Assembly (NCBI GenBank): GCA_964454665.1
Contig: CAYVTO010000004.1
Span: forward strand, 144,229 to 208,228
DNA: 64,000 bases
Source: an uncultured Chitinophagaceae bacterium
Lineage (GTDB): Bacteria; Bacteroidota; Bacteroidia; Cytophagales; Cytophagaceae
Direction of reading: 5' to 3'
This document shows positions 1 to 8,834 of the stretch, piece by piece. Within the stretch, counting starts at the first letter, position 1. Each line of letters opens with the position of its first letter. Both the position numbers and the translations under genes were made by a program. Below the pieces are notes generated by a model. The model was not told where the DNA came from. It ran no database searches and saw nothing but the letters and a program-made list of their open reading frames with translations.

Positions 1-524
1 TCTGCACGACGCGAAGAACTGAAGGCCAAATAAGCAATCAGAATAAAGATGGCCACCACCACCAACTGTATAAAAGGATAGTATTTTAACTGTGAAAGCA
101 CCCATGAATTTTGATAATAAATATAGTTGATCACCACACCCATGTACTTGATTTCGATACGCGGATGTTCAGTTTGCATTTCTACGATCTTTTTCTTTAA
201 AAAATCTTCCGTTTCAGACTCTGATAAACCTTGATATATATCAACATTTTTATGGCTGATGGGAGTCCCTTCGGTATCAGTAAGCACTACTGGAATACGG
301 TGATTCGTTTCAATAATTTCTTGAAAAAGAAAGGTTAAATTGGTTCCTGATTCCGAGGAGGTGATGGCTTGTAAACCTTTGGCATAGAGCTCTATTTGAC
401 GTTTTTCTCCTTCTGCAAGCACCTTCACCAAGCGGTTGGTATACCACAAAGAACCTCCTCCTATGAGTAATGCTAAAGCCACCAAAAACCACTTCCACGC
501 CGACTTATTGTCATAAATATTCAT
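1..524 (-). CDS. sensor histidine kinase, N-terminal fragment (continues past window start)
   Basis: Absent from the ORF track because the frame is open to position 1. ATG at 524-522 is followed by MNIYDNKSAWKWFLVALALLIGGGSLWYTN... Two hydrophobic segments flank a roughly 130-aa loop. The fragment ends ...IAYLAFSSSRRAE, which resembles the segment just before the H-box in a membrane histidine-kinase family common in Bacteroidota. The kinase core lies outside the window. Confidence 0.5.
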   Translation of the reverse strand, partial: MNIYDNKSAWKWFLVALALLIGGGSLWYTNRLVKVLAEGEKRQIELYAKGLQAITSSESGTNLTFLFQEIIETNHRIPVVLTDTEGTPISHKNVDIYQGLSESETEDFLKKKIVEMQTEHPRIEIKYMGVVINYIYYQNSWVLSQLKYYPFIQLVVVAIFILIAYLAFSSSRRA

Positions 525-617
525 ACCTGCCAATTATTTGAAACGGTTATAAATTGATGAATTTATTACTTTTTATTCCATAATTTAGTGTTTAGGTTGT
601 ATTTTTGACACCATATT

Positions 618-1892
618 ATGATCTCGAATTTTAAAGCGGTAAGTCTTTCGTACAAAAAAGCCCCTGTAGAAATACGGGAGAAAATGGCTTTAAACGAACA
701 GGAATGCAAAGACCTGATGCTCCTTTTAAAAGAAGCATTCGATTTACATGAACTGTTGATCCTATCGACATGCAACCGTACCGAGGTGTACTATGCTTCT
801 AACGAAAACGTATCCGAAGGAATTATAAAACTGTTGGCCATTCATAAAGGATTATCCAACGGTGTAGAACTGATCCCTCTATTTGAATATTTTACAGACC
901 ATGAAGATGCTGTATTGCATTTGTTCAGGGTAGCTATCGGTTTGGAATCTCAAGTGGTGGGAGATTTACAAATTACCAACCAGGTAAAACATGCCTACCA
1001 ATGGTCTGCTGACCAAAACATGGCAGGTCCCTTCTTACATCGTTTACTACATACCATTTTCTTTACCAATAAAAAAGTAGTTCAAGAAACTGGCTTGCGC
1101 GATGGTGCAGCATCTGTTTCTTATGCCACCGTAGAACTGGCAGAAGAACTTCTTGAAAACCACCATAATCCTCATGTGCTTATTTTAGGCGTAGGAGAAA
1201 TGGGTGCCGATGTATGTCGCAACATGGTCAACTCATCCTTGAAAAATGTTTTTGTGACCAACCGTACCATGGCCAAAGCAGAAGCTTTAGCCAACGAATG
1301 TGAATTCCAAACCGTATCCTTCGATGATTTGGATGAAGCCATTCAAAAGGCAGATTTAGTCATCAGTTCTGTGGCTTTACCTGAACCTTTAATTACTAAA
1401 TCGAGCTTAGAAAAGACCAATGTCTTTACTTACAAATATTTTATTGACATTTCAGTTCCACGTTCTGTTGCTCCTGATGTAGAACAAATACCAGGCGTTA
1501 TTTTATATGGTATCGATACCCTACAAAACCGTTCGGAAGAAGCCATAGAAAAACGCCGTCGCTCTATACCTCATGTAGAAAGTATCATCGGTATAGCAGT
1601 AGAAGAATTAAAAGAATGGTCGAAAGAAATGATCGTATCCCCTACGATACAAAAATTAAAAAACACCTTAGAACAAATCCGCAAGGAAGAAGTGTCTCGA
1701 CACCTCAAATCATTGACCGAAGATGAAAGTAAGCGTGTAGAAGAAATTACCCGTAATATGATGCAAAAAATCATCAAGTTACCTGTATTGCATCTGAAAG
1801 CAGCTTGCAAACGTGGTGAAGCGGAAACACTCATTGATGTATTGAACGACCTGTTCAACCTGGAAAAAGAAACACAAGAACATTCTGAATAA
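618..1892 (+). CDS. hemA: glutamyl-tRNA reductase
   Basis: 424-aa ORF with the LILSTCNRTEVY active-site Cys motif, the NADPH-binding VLILGVGEMG motif and a C-terminal dimerisation helix region. Confidence 0.95.
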   Translation: MISNFKAVSLSYKKAPVEIREKMALNEQECKDLMLLLKEAFDLHELLILSTCNRTEVYYASNENVSEGIIKLLAIHKGLSNGVELIPLFEYFTDHEDAVLHLFRVAIGLESQVVGDLQITNQVKHAYQWSADQNMAGPFLHRLLHTIFFTNKKVVQETGLRDGAASVSYATVELAEELLENHHNPHVLILGVGEMGADVCRNMVNSSLKNVFVTNRTMAKAEALANECEFQTVSFDDLDEAIQKADLVISSVALPEPLITKSSLEKTNVFTYKYFIDISVPRSVAPDVEQIPGVILYGIDTLQNRSEEAIEKRRRSIPHVESIIGIAVEELKEWSKEMIVSPTIQKLKNTLEQIRKEEVSRHLKSLTEDESKRVEEITRNMMQKIIKLPVLHLKAACKRGEAETLIDVLNDLFNLEKETQEHSE

Positions 1893-1895
1893 GTG

Positions 1896-3311
1896 ATGTC
1901 GCCGGTGCTTTTTTTCACACGCAACCTCCTTTCTATTACCTTACTGCTTTTTAGTACACAACTCTGGGCTCAGCAAGTACTCGTGTGTAATTCCTGTGAC
2001 ATTAAAACCATTCAAACTTTACCTCTAAGTCAATCCATTCAGGTCTTCAAATGCAAGGCTAGTCAAGAAACTCCTGAAATGTACAAATGGGGAATACGAG
2101 ATGTGAAAGGAAACATCATCGTAAAACCAGAATGGGATTCCATTGGTGCTGTAGGCCAAAACATGGCTGTAGTTTATCAATACATTCCCCAACGAAAAAA
2201 AACCACCCTTAAAGCAGGCATTATTTCTTTTCAAAACCAAAGTATCCTTCCTCTTCACTACACATCCATACAAACCCTGCAAGCACCATACTATAAAGTA
2301 AGTACGCCCAAAGGATACCAAGTATGGCACGAACAGCAAGGTTTCATTCATACAAACATTTACGACAGCATACACGTAGATCCTATCCTTGGTATACTCT
2401 TATATACAGATAACCTTTGTCATCGTATCAACCCATCAACAGCGGCATTTGAAGGAGGAAATAACAAACTATGGCTGACAAATGACAATGGAAGAATATA
2501 CAGTATTCCTTACGACACACTTTATCTTTACCGTGCAGGAGCAAAAGGATTAACACCTGTACTTGGAGATTCAATAAAAGATTCAAATCATCCACTCGAA
2601 GTAAGGCTTTACCGGGAAGGAAAATCCATGACATGGAATTTCCCTACGCTCAGTAAGGCTCAAAAAATTGAACGTCGCAATGATATTCAACTCCTAAACA
2701 TAAATACATTAAGCGACAGTACCATTATAAAAATAAAAACGAGAACACAGGCTGATACCATACTCCTCCTTAACCATTTGTTCTTATTTAAAAGAAATCA
2801 TTTTTGGGGATACGGAGATACGGTTGGTAATGTACCCATCGCTCCGGTATACGACTCGCTAGGTCTCATGTACAACGATCGTGTAGCCGTAAAAATTAGA
2901 AACAAATGGGGATTCCTGGACCGTAATGAAAACATCATTGCACAACCTTATTATGAAGCCGTAGGGGATTATCGCTATGGAGCAACATGGGTTTTGCAAA
3001 ATAAAAAATACAATTTCCTCAATCTTTCTGGGAAAGTCATTAACACCCATTGGTACGAACGTATCGTTGAAACCCATTTGAACTATGTCGTCTATTACAA
3101 GGGTAAGGCAGGACTTGTCAATCATCTCGGCCAGGAAATTATAGGTACACGTTATTTACAAATACTTGATTTCGGCGAAGGAGCTTGTCTTGTTCAAACA
3201 GAAGACCTCAAATGGTTTTTAATGGATTATAAAGAAAATAGAATTTCTACACTTTCCTATTCTTACGTATATTACCTACCCCACAGTCAAGTATACGTAC
3301 TGAAGAAATAA
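1896..3311 (+). CDS. secreted WG-repeat protein
   Basis: ATG at 1896 (GTG at 1893) abuts the hemA stop. Signal peptide ...LLLFSTQLWAQQ. Repeated units of the WG-containing beta-repeat type are present (KWGIRDVKGNIIVKPEWD, HFWGYGDTVGNVPIAPVYD, KWGFLDRNENIIAQPYYE). Confidence 0.7.
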   Translation: MSPVLFFTRNLLSITLLLFSTQLWAQQVLVCNSCDIKTIQTLPLSQSIQVFKCKASQETPEMYKWGIRDVKGNIIVKPEWDSIGAVGQNMAVVYQYIPQRKKTTLKAGIISFQNQSILPLHYTSIQTLQAPYYKVSTPKGYQVWHEQQGFIHTNIYDSIHVDPILGILLYTDNLCHRINPSTAAFEGGNNKLWLTNDNGRIYSIPYDTLYLYRAGAKGLTPVLGDSIKDSNHPLEVRLYREGKSMTWNFPTLSKAQKIERRNDIQLLNINTLSDSTIIKIKTRTQADTILLLNHLFLFKRNHFWGYGDTVGNVPIAPVYDSLGLMYNDRVAVKIRNKWGFLDRNENIIAQPYYEAVGDYRYGATWVLQNKKYNFLNLSGKVINTHWYERIVETHLNYVVYYKGKAGLVNHLGQEIIGTRYLQILDFGEGACLVQTEDLKWFLMDYKENRISTLSYSYVYYLPHSQVYVLKK

Positions 3312-3315
3312 CATC

Positions 3316-5298
3316 ATGTCTCTTACCAAATTTCCTTGTTTATATTCCTTATTTTTTTTCTTCCTGCTGTCTTCCTCTGGTTATAGTCAATCTGGATACC
3401 ACGAAGGGCTGAGAGCAGAAAAATCAGGGGAGTTATGGGGATTCAAAAATACCAGGAACAAATGGATCATCAAACCTCAGTTTGACCGTGTTCATCATGG
3501 CTTTGAATTCGGTAAAGCCATTGTAGAAAAAGAAAATGTATATGGTGTCATCGATATCAAAGGGAACACTGTACTATCTTTTATATACCATGAAATTTTG
3601 CCAGAATACAAACACATGTTTCCTGTCAAAAACAAAGAAGGTAAATGGGGATTTATTCATAATAATGGAAAAGAAATATTCCCTATGAAGTACGACAACT
3701 TTCGGTACGAGTACAAAGACAAACATATTCTTTTACAAGAGCTCGGGAAATGGGGAATCTATAAAGCCACTGGAGAAGAAGTAATTCCTCCAACCTATAA
3801 ACAGATTTTTTACCAGCAAAAAAAAACATACCGGGCATTACCTTTTGCCCTGCACGAAATCATGACAGCATCTGGTCAATTACTGTATTCTATAGAATCA
3901 GAAAACATACAAATACTCTCTAAAGACTTTTTCTCATACAATATACTAAGCAAGAAAGGAATCTGCTCTGCTACTAAAAAACTATGCCCTGCTATTTTCG
4001 AAGATATCATACATGCCAAAGACTCTTTGTTTTTTGTCAAACAAAACGGACACTGGGGAATTGCTTCTCCCCATGGGAAGATCATTCAAGAACCTCTTTG
4101 GAAAAGCGTTGACCCAAAGGGAAAATACTTCATCGTACAAAACGATCAAAAAGAAAAACAAATCTACAGCTGGTCGTTTCAACCCATCATACAAAATACA
4201 TTCAATGATGTTGGATCATATAGCAACAACCTCTGGACTGTAAAAAATAATTTCAATCTCTGGGGAGTAATCAATGAAAAAGGCGAACACGTTATTTCTT
4301 ACCGCTACGACAGCATCTTCCCTTTTGAAAAAGGAATCGCACAAGCCATTATTCAAGGGAATAAAATCATCATCAATGAAAAGGGCGAACAACTGATTTC
4401 CAAAGAAGAATATGCTTATTACAATGCCGGAATCGTTCGGCTCAATGCAATGGGCGAAAAGAAATGGATGAATGCTTATCAAGAATATAATACTGTCGTT
4501 CAACTGTCATACCACTATTATAGAGTTCAAGCCAAAAACAAACGTTTCGGAATCGTCGACTACAAAGGTGTGATGATTTTACCTTGCCAATACGATGCTA
4601 TTCACCTCAACACAGATAACACCGTCTTCATCACACGACAAGGCTCCAAACATATTCTTTACAATACGAAAGGGCAACTGATCAGCGGACCTCATAAACG
4701 ATTCAATGATGTCATCGATCTTTCCGAAGATTATATCAAGATCAAATATAAAGACGGGTTAGGATTTTGTGATTTAGAAGGTCGCATTATGATTTCAACC
4801 CAATACGAAGAAACGGGTATTTTTAAAAATGGAATATGTCCCATAAAACTCAGGGGACGTTGGGGCTACATCGATAAAGAAGAAAAGATAATTGTACAAC
4901 CTTATTACAAAACACCTGCTGTACTGTACGGGAATGCGGGTATTATACAAGAAAACAACCTTTATCACCTGATCAACAACAAAGGAAAACTCACCTTAGA
5001 GTACCCTTTAAAATCAGTATCTCGCACAAAAGAAGGATTATATATTATACAAAATCAAATGGGATTATATGGTCTTGCTAATCAAGAGGGGAAAGAAGTA
5101 ATTCCAGCAAAATATAATCAAGTCAATGAAATAGAAAATGGAGTGTTCTTCGTCGGCAACGAATATTATACAGGAGTAATAGACAAAACAGGTAAAATAA
5201 TAATTCCTATAAAATATAATAAACTACGTTACGAAGTCAACACCAATAGGTATTCTGGAGAGATCCAAAAAGATTGGCAAGTGATAACCATTAAATGA
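3316..5298 (+). CDS. secreted WG-repeat protein (larger paralogue)
   Basis: Signal peptide ...LLSSSGYSQS. At least 10 WG-type repeats are present (ELWGFKN, GKWGFIHNNGKEIFPMKYD, GKWGIYKATGEEVIPPTY, GHWGIASPHGKIIQEPLW, NLWGVINEKGEHVISYRYD, RFGIVDYKGVMILPCQYD, RWGYIDKEEKIIVQPYY, GLYGLANQEGKEVIPAKY). Confidence 0.8.
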   Translation: MSLTKFPCLYSLFFFFLLSSSGYSQSGYHEGLRAEKSGELWGFKNTRNKWIIKPQFDRVHHGFEFGKAIVEKENVYGVIDIKGNTVLSFIYHEILPEYKHMFPVKNKEGKWGFIHNNGKEIFPMKYDNFRYEYKDKHILLQELGKWGIYKATGEEVIPPTYKQIFYQQKKTYRALPFALHEIMTASGQLLYSIESENIQILSKDFFSYNILSKKGICSATKKLCPAIFEDIIHAKDSLFFVKQNGHWGIASPHGKIIQEPLWKSVDPKGKYFIVQNDQKEKQIYSWSFQPIIQNTFNDVGSYSNNLWTVKNNFNLWGVINEKGEHVISYRYDSIFPFEKGIAQAIIQGNKIIINEKGEQLISKEEYAYYNAGIVRLNAMGEKKWMNAYQEYNTVVQLSYHYYRVQAKNKRFGIVDYKGVMILPCQYDAIHLNTDNTVFITRQGSKHILYNTKGQLISGPHKRFNDVIDLSEDYIKIKYKDGLGFCDLEGRIMISTQYEETGIFKNGICPIKLRGRWGYIDKEEKIIVQPYYKTPAVLYGNAGIIQENNLYHLINNKGKLTLEYPLKSVSRTKEGLYIIQNQMGLYGLANQEGKEVIPAKYNQVNEIENGVFFVGNEYYTGVIDKTGKIIIPIKYNKLRYEVNTNRYSGEIQKDWQVITIK

Positions 5299-5301
5299 TG
5301 G

Positions 5302-5994
5302 TTACACGGTAAATCCTCCATTCAAACGAATAGCATTACCCGTCAAATAGGTTGACTTATCTCCACATAGAAAAGATAATAATTGATACAAATCTTCAAA
5401 TGTACCCAATCTTCTCATCGGAATTTTTTTAATAAAATTAACTCGTAGGTGCTCTGCCAAATGAAAATTCATATACCCTGGAAATACCGCATTAATACGT
5501 ACTCCCTCTTCTCCTATTTGCCGAGCCCACATTTTTACTACTGCATCTAATCCTTGCACAAGAACTTCAAATTGGTCATCACTTAATGCATCCTGAGGCA
5601 ATAAATACGGCCCAACTAAAGCAATCGAAGAAGACTTCGCCTTCAACAAAGGTTTAAATGCTGCGACAAACTCTTGGTATGAAATCACATAAGTATCGAC
5701 TACTTTACTCCAATCTTGAGAAGCAACAGAAGCTCCTCCACGAAGGGAAATTTCAGGGGATAAATGCACCAACGCATCAAAAAGCAGTCCCTTTTCTGCG
5801 ACAATCGGTTGATCGTGTGTAGAAGGGTAAACAGAGACTTTATCTCTCCCCAGCACAGACATCGCTTTCAACACTACTTCTTTAGTCGCACCTGCATAAC
5901 ACTCCCAACCTTCTTCACGAAAACGTTTGATCAAATGAAGTTCATCTTCATTGGATAAGGCATTAAAGAAAATCGTCTTCTTCGAGCTCTGCAT
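5302..5994 (-). CDS. SDR-fold protein with degenerate cofactor and catalytic motifs
   Basis: The C-terminal half is typical of short-chain dehydrogenases (GVRINAVFPGYM, RRLGTFEDLYQLLSFLCGDKSTYLTGNAIRLNGGFTV). The N-terminus (KKTIFFNALSNEDE) has no TGxxxGxG motif. The YxxxK position reads FEVLV. Confidence 0.65.
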   Translation of the reverse strand: MQSSKKTIFFNALSNEDELHLIKRFREEGWECYAGATKEVVLKAMSVLGRDKVSVYPSTHDQPIVAEKGLLFDALVHLSPEISLRGGASVASQDWSKVVDTYVISYQEFVAAFKPLLKAKSSSIALVGPYLLPQDALSDDQFEVLVQGLDAVVKMWARQIGEEGVRINAVFPGYMNFHLAEHLRVNFIKKIPMRRLGTFEDLYQLLSFLCGDKSTYLTGNAIRLNGGFTV

Positions 5995-5997
5995 AAT

Positions 5998-6897
5998 TTA
6001 CAAGGATACAACTAATGTAAAAAAAACCAAGAAGATAAGCGAAGAAAAAACCATTTGTTTTAGCCAAGGATCCAAGCGTTTGGGATCTTCTGTTTTATAT
6101 ACACTCACCGCATTCCATAATGCCGGTAAGATGGCGGGAAATAAAAGCCAGGTATAAGGTAATGCCTTTTGCATTACAAAAATAAAAGCACAAACGATGG
6201 CCACAAGAATAATGATGACATGGTATAGTCTAGCCTTATGAGGTCCTAAACGCATCGCTAATGTTTTTTTACCCGCCATGACATCAGAGTCGATATCCCT
6301 AATGTTATTAATATTCAATACCGCTGCCGCAAATAAACCCATGCTGGTAGCAGGCAATAGAATGTCCCATGTCATTTCTTTGGTCATGAGAAAATACGTT
6401 CCACAAACTCCTACCCAACCAAAAAAGAGAAAGACAAACACATCGCCTAACCCTTTATAACCATAGGGATTTTTACCCGCGGTATAATTAATGGCAGCAG
6501 CAATAGCAGCTAGTCCAAGAAAAAAAAAGAAAACAGGTAACCATGAAATGGTTTCATTTGAAAATGCCAGGTATAACAAACTGCATCCACTGCACAAAGA
6601 CAATAAAATAAAAACAACCATCGCTGTTTTCATTTCTCTTGCCGTAATCAAACCCGATTGCATGGCACGTGTGGGGCCAATTCTGTTTTCATCATCTGCT
6701 CCATGCGTATAATCGCCATAATCATTTGCCAAGTTGGAAAGTATTTGTAAAAACAACGTCGTTACAATCGCTCCCAAACAGATTCTCCAAGAAAACGAAA
6801 AATGATATGCGGCTAATGCAGAGCCCATGCCAATGCTGGAAAGTGCCAAAGGCAATGTTCTTAAACGAAATGCACTGATCCAAAGCTTCAATTTCAT
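5998..6897 (-). CDS. menA: 1,4-dihydroxy-2-naphthoate polyprenyltransferase (UbiA family)
   Basis: Asp-rich motifs LANDYGDYTHGADD and NNIRDIDSDVMAGKKTL, plus multiple TM helices. The best start is the ATG at 6897-6895 (MKLKLWISAFRLRTLP), which overlaps the MFS stop as TAATG. The 21 extra codons in the ORF-track entry lie inside the MFS gene. Confidence 0.9.
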   Translation of the reverse strand: MKLKLWISAFRLRTLPLALSSIGMGSALAAYHFSFSWRICLGAIVTTLFLQILSNLANDYGDYTHGADDENRIGPTRAMQSGLITAREMKTAMVVFILLSLCSGCSLLYLAFSNETISWLPVFFFFLGLAAIAAAINYTAGKNPYGYKGLGDVFVFLFFGWVGVCGTYFLMTKEMTWDILLPATSMGLFAAAVLNINNIRDIDSDVMAGKKTLAMRLGPHKARLYHVIIILVAIVCAFIFVMQKALPYTWLLFPAILPALWNAVSVYKTEDPKRLDPWLKQMVFSSLIFLVFFTLVVSL

Positions 6898-8126
6898 TAC
6901 GATACTTCTTTTACACGATAAGAAATGACAATACTCACCACCGTAAAGGCAACAGCACATAACCCAACAACCCAGAAATATTCTATTCTACCTTCAGGAG
7001 TATTAGAAACTATTAAACCCGACAACATGGCTGCCATCGCTGAAGCAAATTGTTGTGTTGAGGTGTTTATACTCATAAAACTTCCACGTTCTCGCGGACT
7101 CACAGCAGATGTAACTAAAGTGACTGCAGGTACAAAACGCGACCCAAATAAAATAAAAAAGATGGTCGTAAAAGGAAATAAAAACCAAACGGCAATCGGT
7201 GGTAATGTCGTGATGAAAAACAAAGGAAACATGGACAAGCTTGCACAAATAACATATACTCGCTGCTTCCCATACTTATCGGCCATACGCCCTACCCATG
7301 GGCCAGTAACAGCTGTGGCTAATCCTCCAAAAAGATAGATATAACCTAACATTTTCTTATCCAAACCCACATTGTTCACCATGTAATCACTCACAAAAGG
7401 CACCACCATAAATCCTGCAAGTGTTAAAAAAAAGGTTAAGCCTAACGCATTACGCACGTTATCGTTATGCAAAAAAGAACGCAACAATTCTTTTCTATTG
7501 ATTTGCTCGTGAGTACCTTTTTTAAAATGTATCGTTAAGGATGGAAATTTTTTCCAAATCACCACATAAACAAAAACACTCAATGCCGTGAGCAAAATAA
7601 AAGGGGCATGAAAATCGAACTGATGAGTTAGAAATAATCCTACAGGAATACCCAATACGGAGGCTCCTGAAAATGCAGCCATGACCATACCCGTAGCTTT
7701 ACCTCTACGTTCTGGAGGTATCACATCTCCAACGACAGAGAAAATGAGTACAGACAATACACCTCCAAATGCACCTGCTAAAATTCTGGAAAACAAAAAG
7801 AATTTATATCCCGGAGCAACAGCACACAACAAATTACCGAAGACAAAGCCCGCATATAAAAACAATACTACTTTTCTCCTGTCGTAAGCATCGAACTTAA
7901 AAAAAGCAATCAAGCCCGCTATACCTGCGCTGAACGTATAGGAAGAAACTAAAATGCCAAACTGAGAAGAATCGATGACTAAGGCTTCCTTCAAAAATGG
8001 ATTTAACGGCGCAATGACGACAAAATCCATGATGTGTGTAAAATTAATCGCAATGAGAATAAACAAAATCCAACGTTCATCACCATGTGCCTGTTCTATA
8101 CTACCACTATTGCTATTATTACTCAT
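6897..8126 (-). CDS. MFS transporter
   Basis: 409 aa with about 12 hydrophobic helices. MFS-like loop motifs are present (FDAYDRRKVV between TM2 and TM3, GRMADKYGKQRV between TM8 and TM9). Confidence 0.85.
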   Translation of the reverse strand: MSNNSNSGSIEQAHGDERWILFILIAINFTHIMDFVVIAPLNPFLKEALVIDSSQFGILVSSYTFSAGIAGLIAFFKFDAYDRRKVVLFLYAGFVFGNLLCAVAPGYKFFLFSRILAGAFGGVLSVLIFSVVGDVIPPERRGKATGMVMAAFSGASVLGIPVGLFLTHQFDFHAPFILLTALSVFVYVVIWKKFPSLTIHFKKGTHEQINRKELLRSFLHNDNVRNALGLTFFLTLAGFMVVPFVSDYMVNNVGLDKKMLGYIYLFGGLATAVTGPWVGRMADKYGKQRVYVICASLSMFPLFFITTLPPIAVWFLFPFTTIFFILFGSRFVPAVTLVTSAVSPRERGSFMSINTSTQQFASAMAAMLSGLIVSNTPEGRIEYFWVVGLCAVAFTVVSIVISYRVKEVS

Positions 8127-8781
8127 TTTTACATACTCCCTTCATCGTTATCTTACCCTTCCCAATACAAACGGAACATGATTTATTGACTTTCAATGTG
8201 CCCTTACAGGTCATGCAATCTACCACTCCCTTTCCTCCACACTTGCTACAGGTAGAATAATTTTCAGCCATACCATTTTTCACAATAGCAACTCCACTGC
8301 CTGAACATTTAGGACAATACTGTCTTCCATTACCTTTACACGTTTGGCAATCTTCACCGGCTATACCTTCACCCTTACAATGAATGCAGGTTTCTTCGTA
8401 TTCAAAATAACCTTTCTCATAACAATCGATATCATAACGAAATTCCACGGCCTCTTTTCTTAATGAATCAGAAGCTTTTTTCAAGGTCTCAAACCGAAGA
8501 AATGCTTTCCTGGCTTGGCTGTATTTTTTTAAATAGAAAGAAGTGACACCGTAATAATAAGCCGACTCATCAGGCATTACAGCATCTTTAGTTTTAAAAA
8601 GTTGCTTGAATACCTTTTCAGATTCCTGGTATTGCTTTTCCTGACATAGGGCAACAGCACTTTCATGTAAGACTTTGACGATAGAATCTTTGTTTTCTTC
8701 AACACCATAATTTTTGGAAAACGCATTCGTATAAATGCTTGTTGTTGCAATAAGTATCAAGAGAATGAATAGGTGTTTCAT
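8119..8781 (-). CDS. exported TPR-like protein with six DnaJ-type CxxCxGxG zinc-finger motifs
   Basis: Start chosen at MKHLFILLILIATTSIYTNAFS (signal peptide). The C-terminal 90 aa carry CIHCKGEG, CQTCKGNG, CPKCSGSG, CSKCGGKG, CMTCKGT and CSVCIGKG. The gene overlaps the MFS start by 8 nt. Confidence 0.7.
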   Translation of the reverse strand: MKHLFILLILIATTSIYTNAFSKNYGVEENKDSIVKVLHESAVALCQEKQYQESEKVFKQLFKTKDAVMPDESAYYYGVTSFYLKKYSQARKAFLRFETLKKASDSLRKEAVEFRYDIDCYEKGYFEYEETCIHCKGEGIAGEDCQTCKGNGRQYCPKCSGSGVAIVKNGMAENYSTCSKCGGKGVVDCMTCKGTLKVNKSCSVCIGKGKITMKGVCKNE

Positions 8782-8834
8782 GGCAGGACAAGTTACATTT
8801 TTTTCAAGAGATTTAAACACGGCTGAAAAAGGAG

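Noticed and set aside
3818-3826. A9 homopolymer in the WG-repeat gene considered as a slipped-strand phase-variation switch. A8 at 2195-2202 is in the paralogue and T8 is in the signal-peptide region at ~3352-3359.
   Set aside because: Equally long tracts occur in housekeeping genes, for example a 9-nt A/T run at 6520-6528 inside menA and A8 in the GT2 gene. They look like a by-product of AT-rich, Lys/Phe-rich coding and not specific contingency loci.
6925-7338. 137-aa plus-strand ORF antisense to the MFS transporter.
   Set aside because: It is nested in a well-supported membrane-protein gene and has no motifs.
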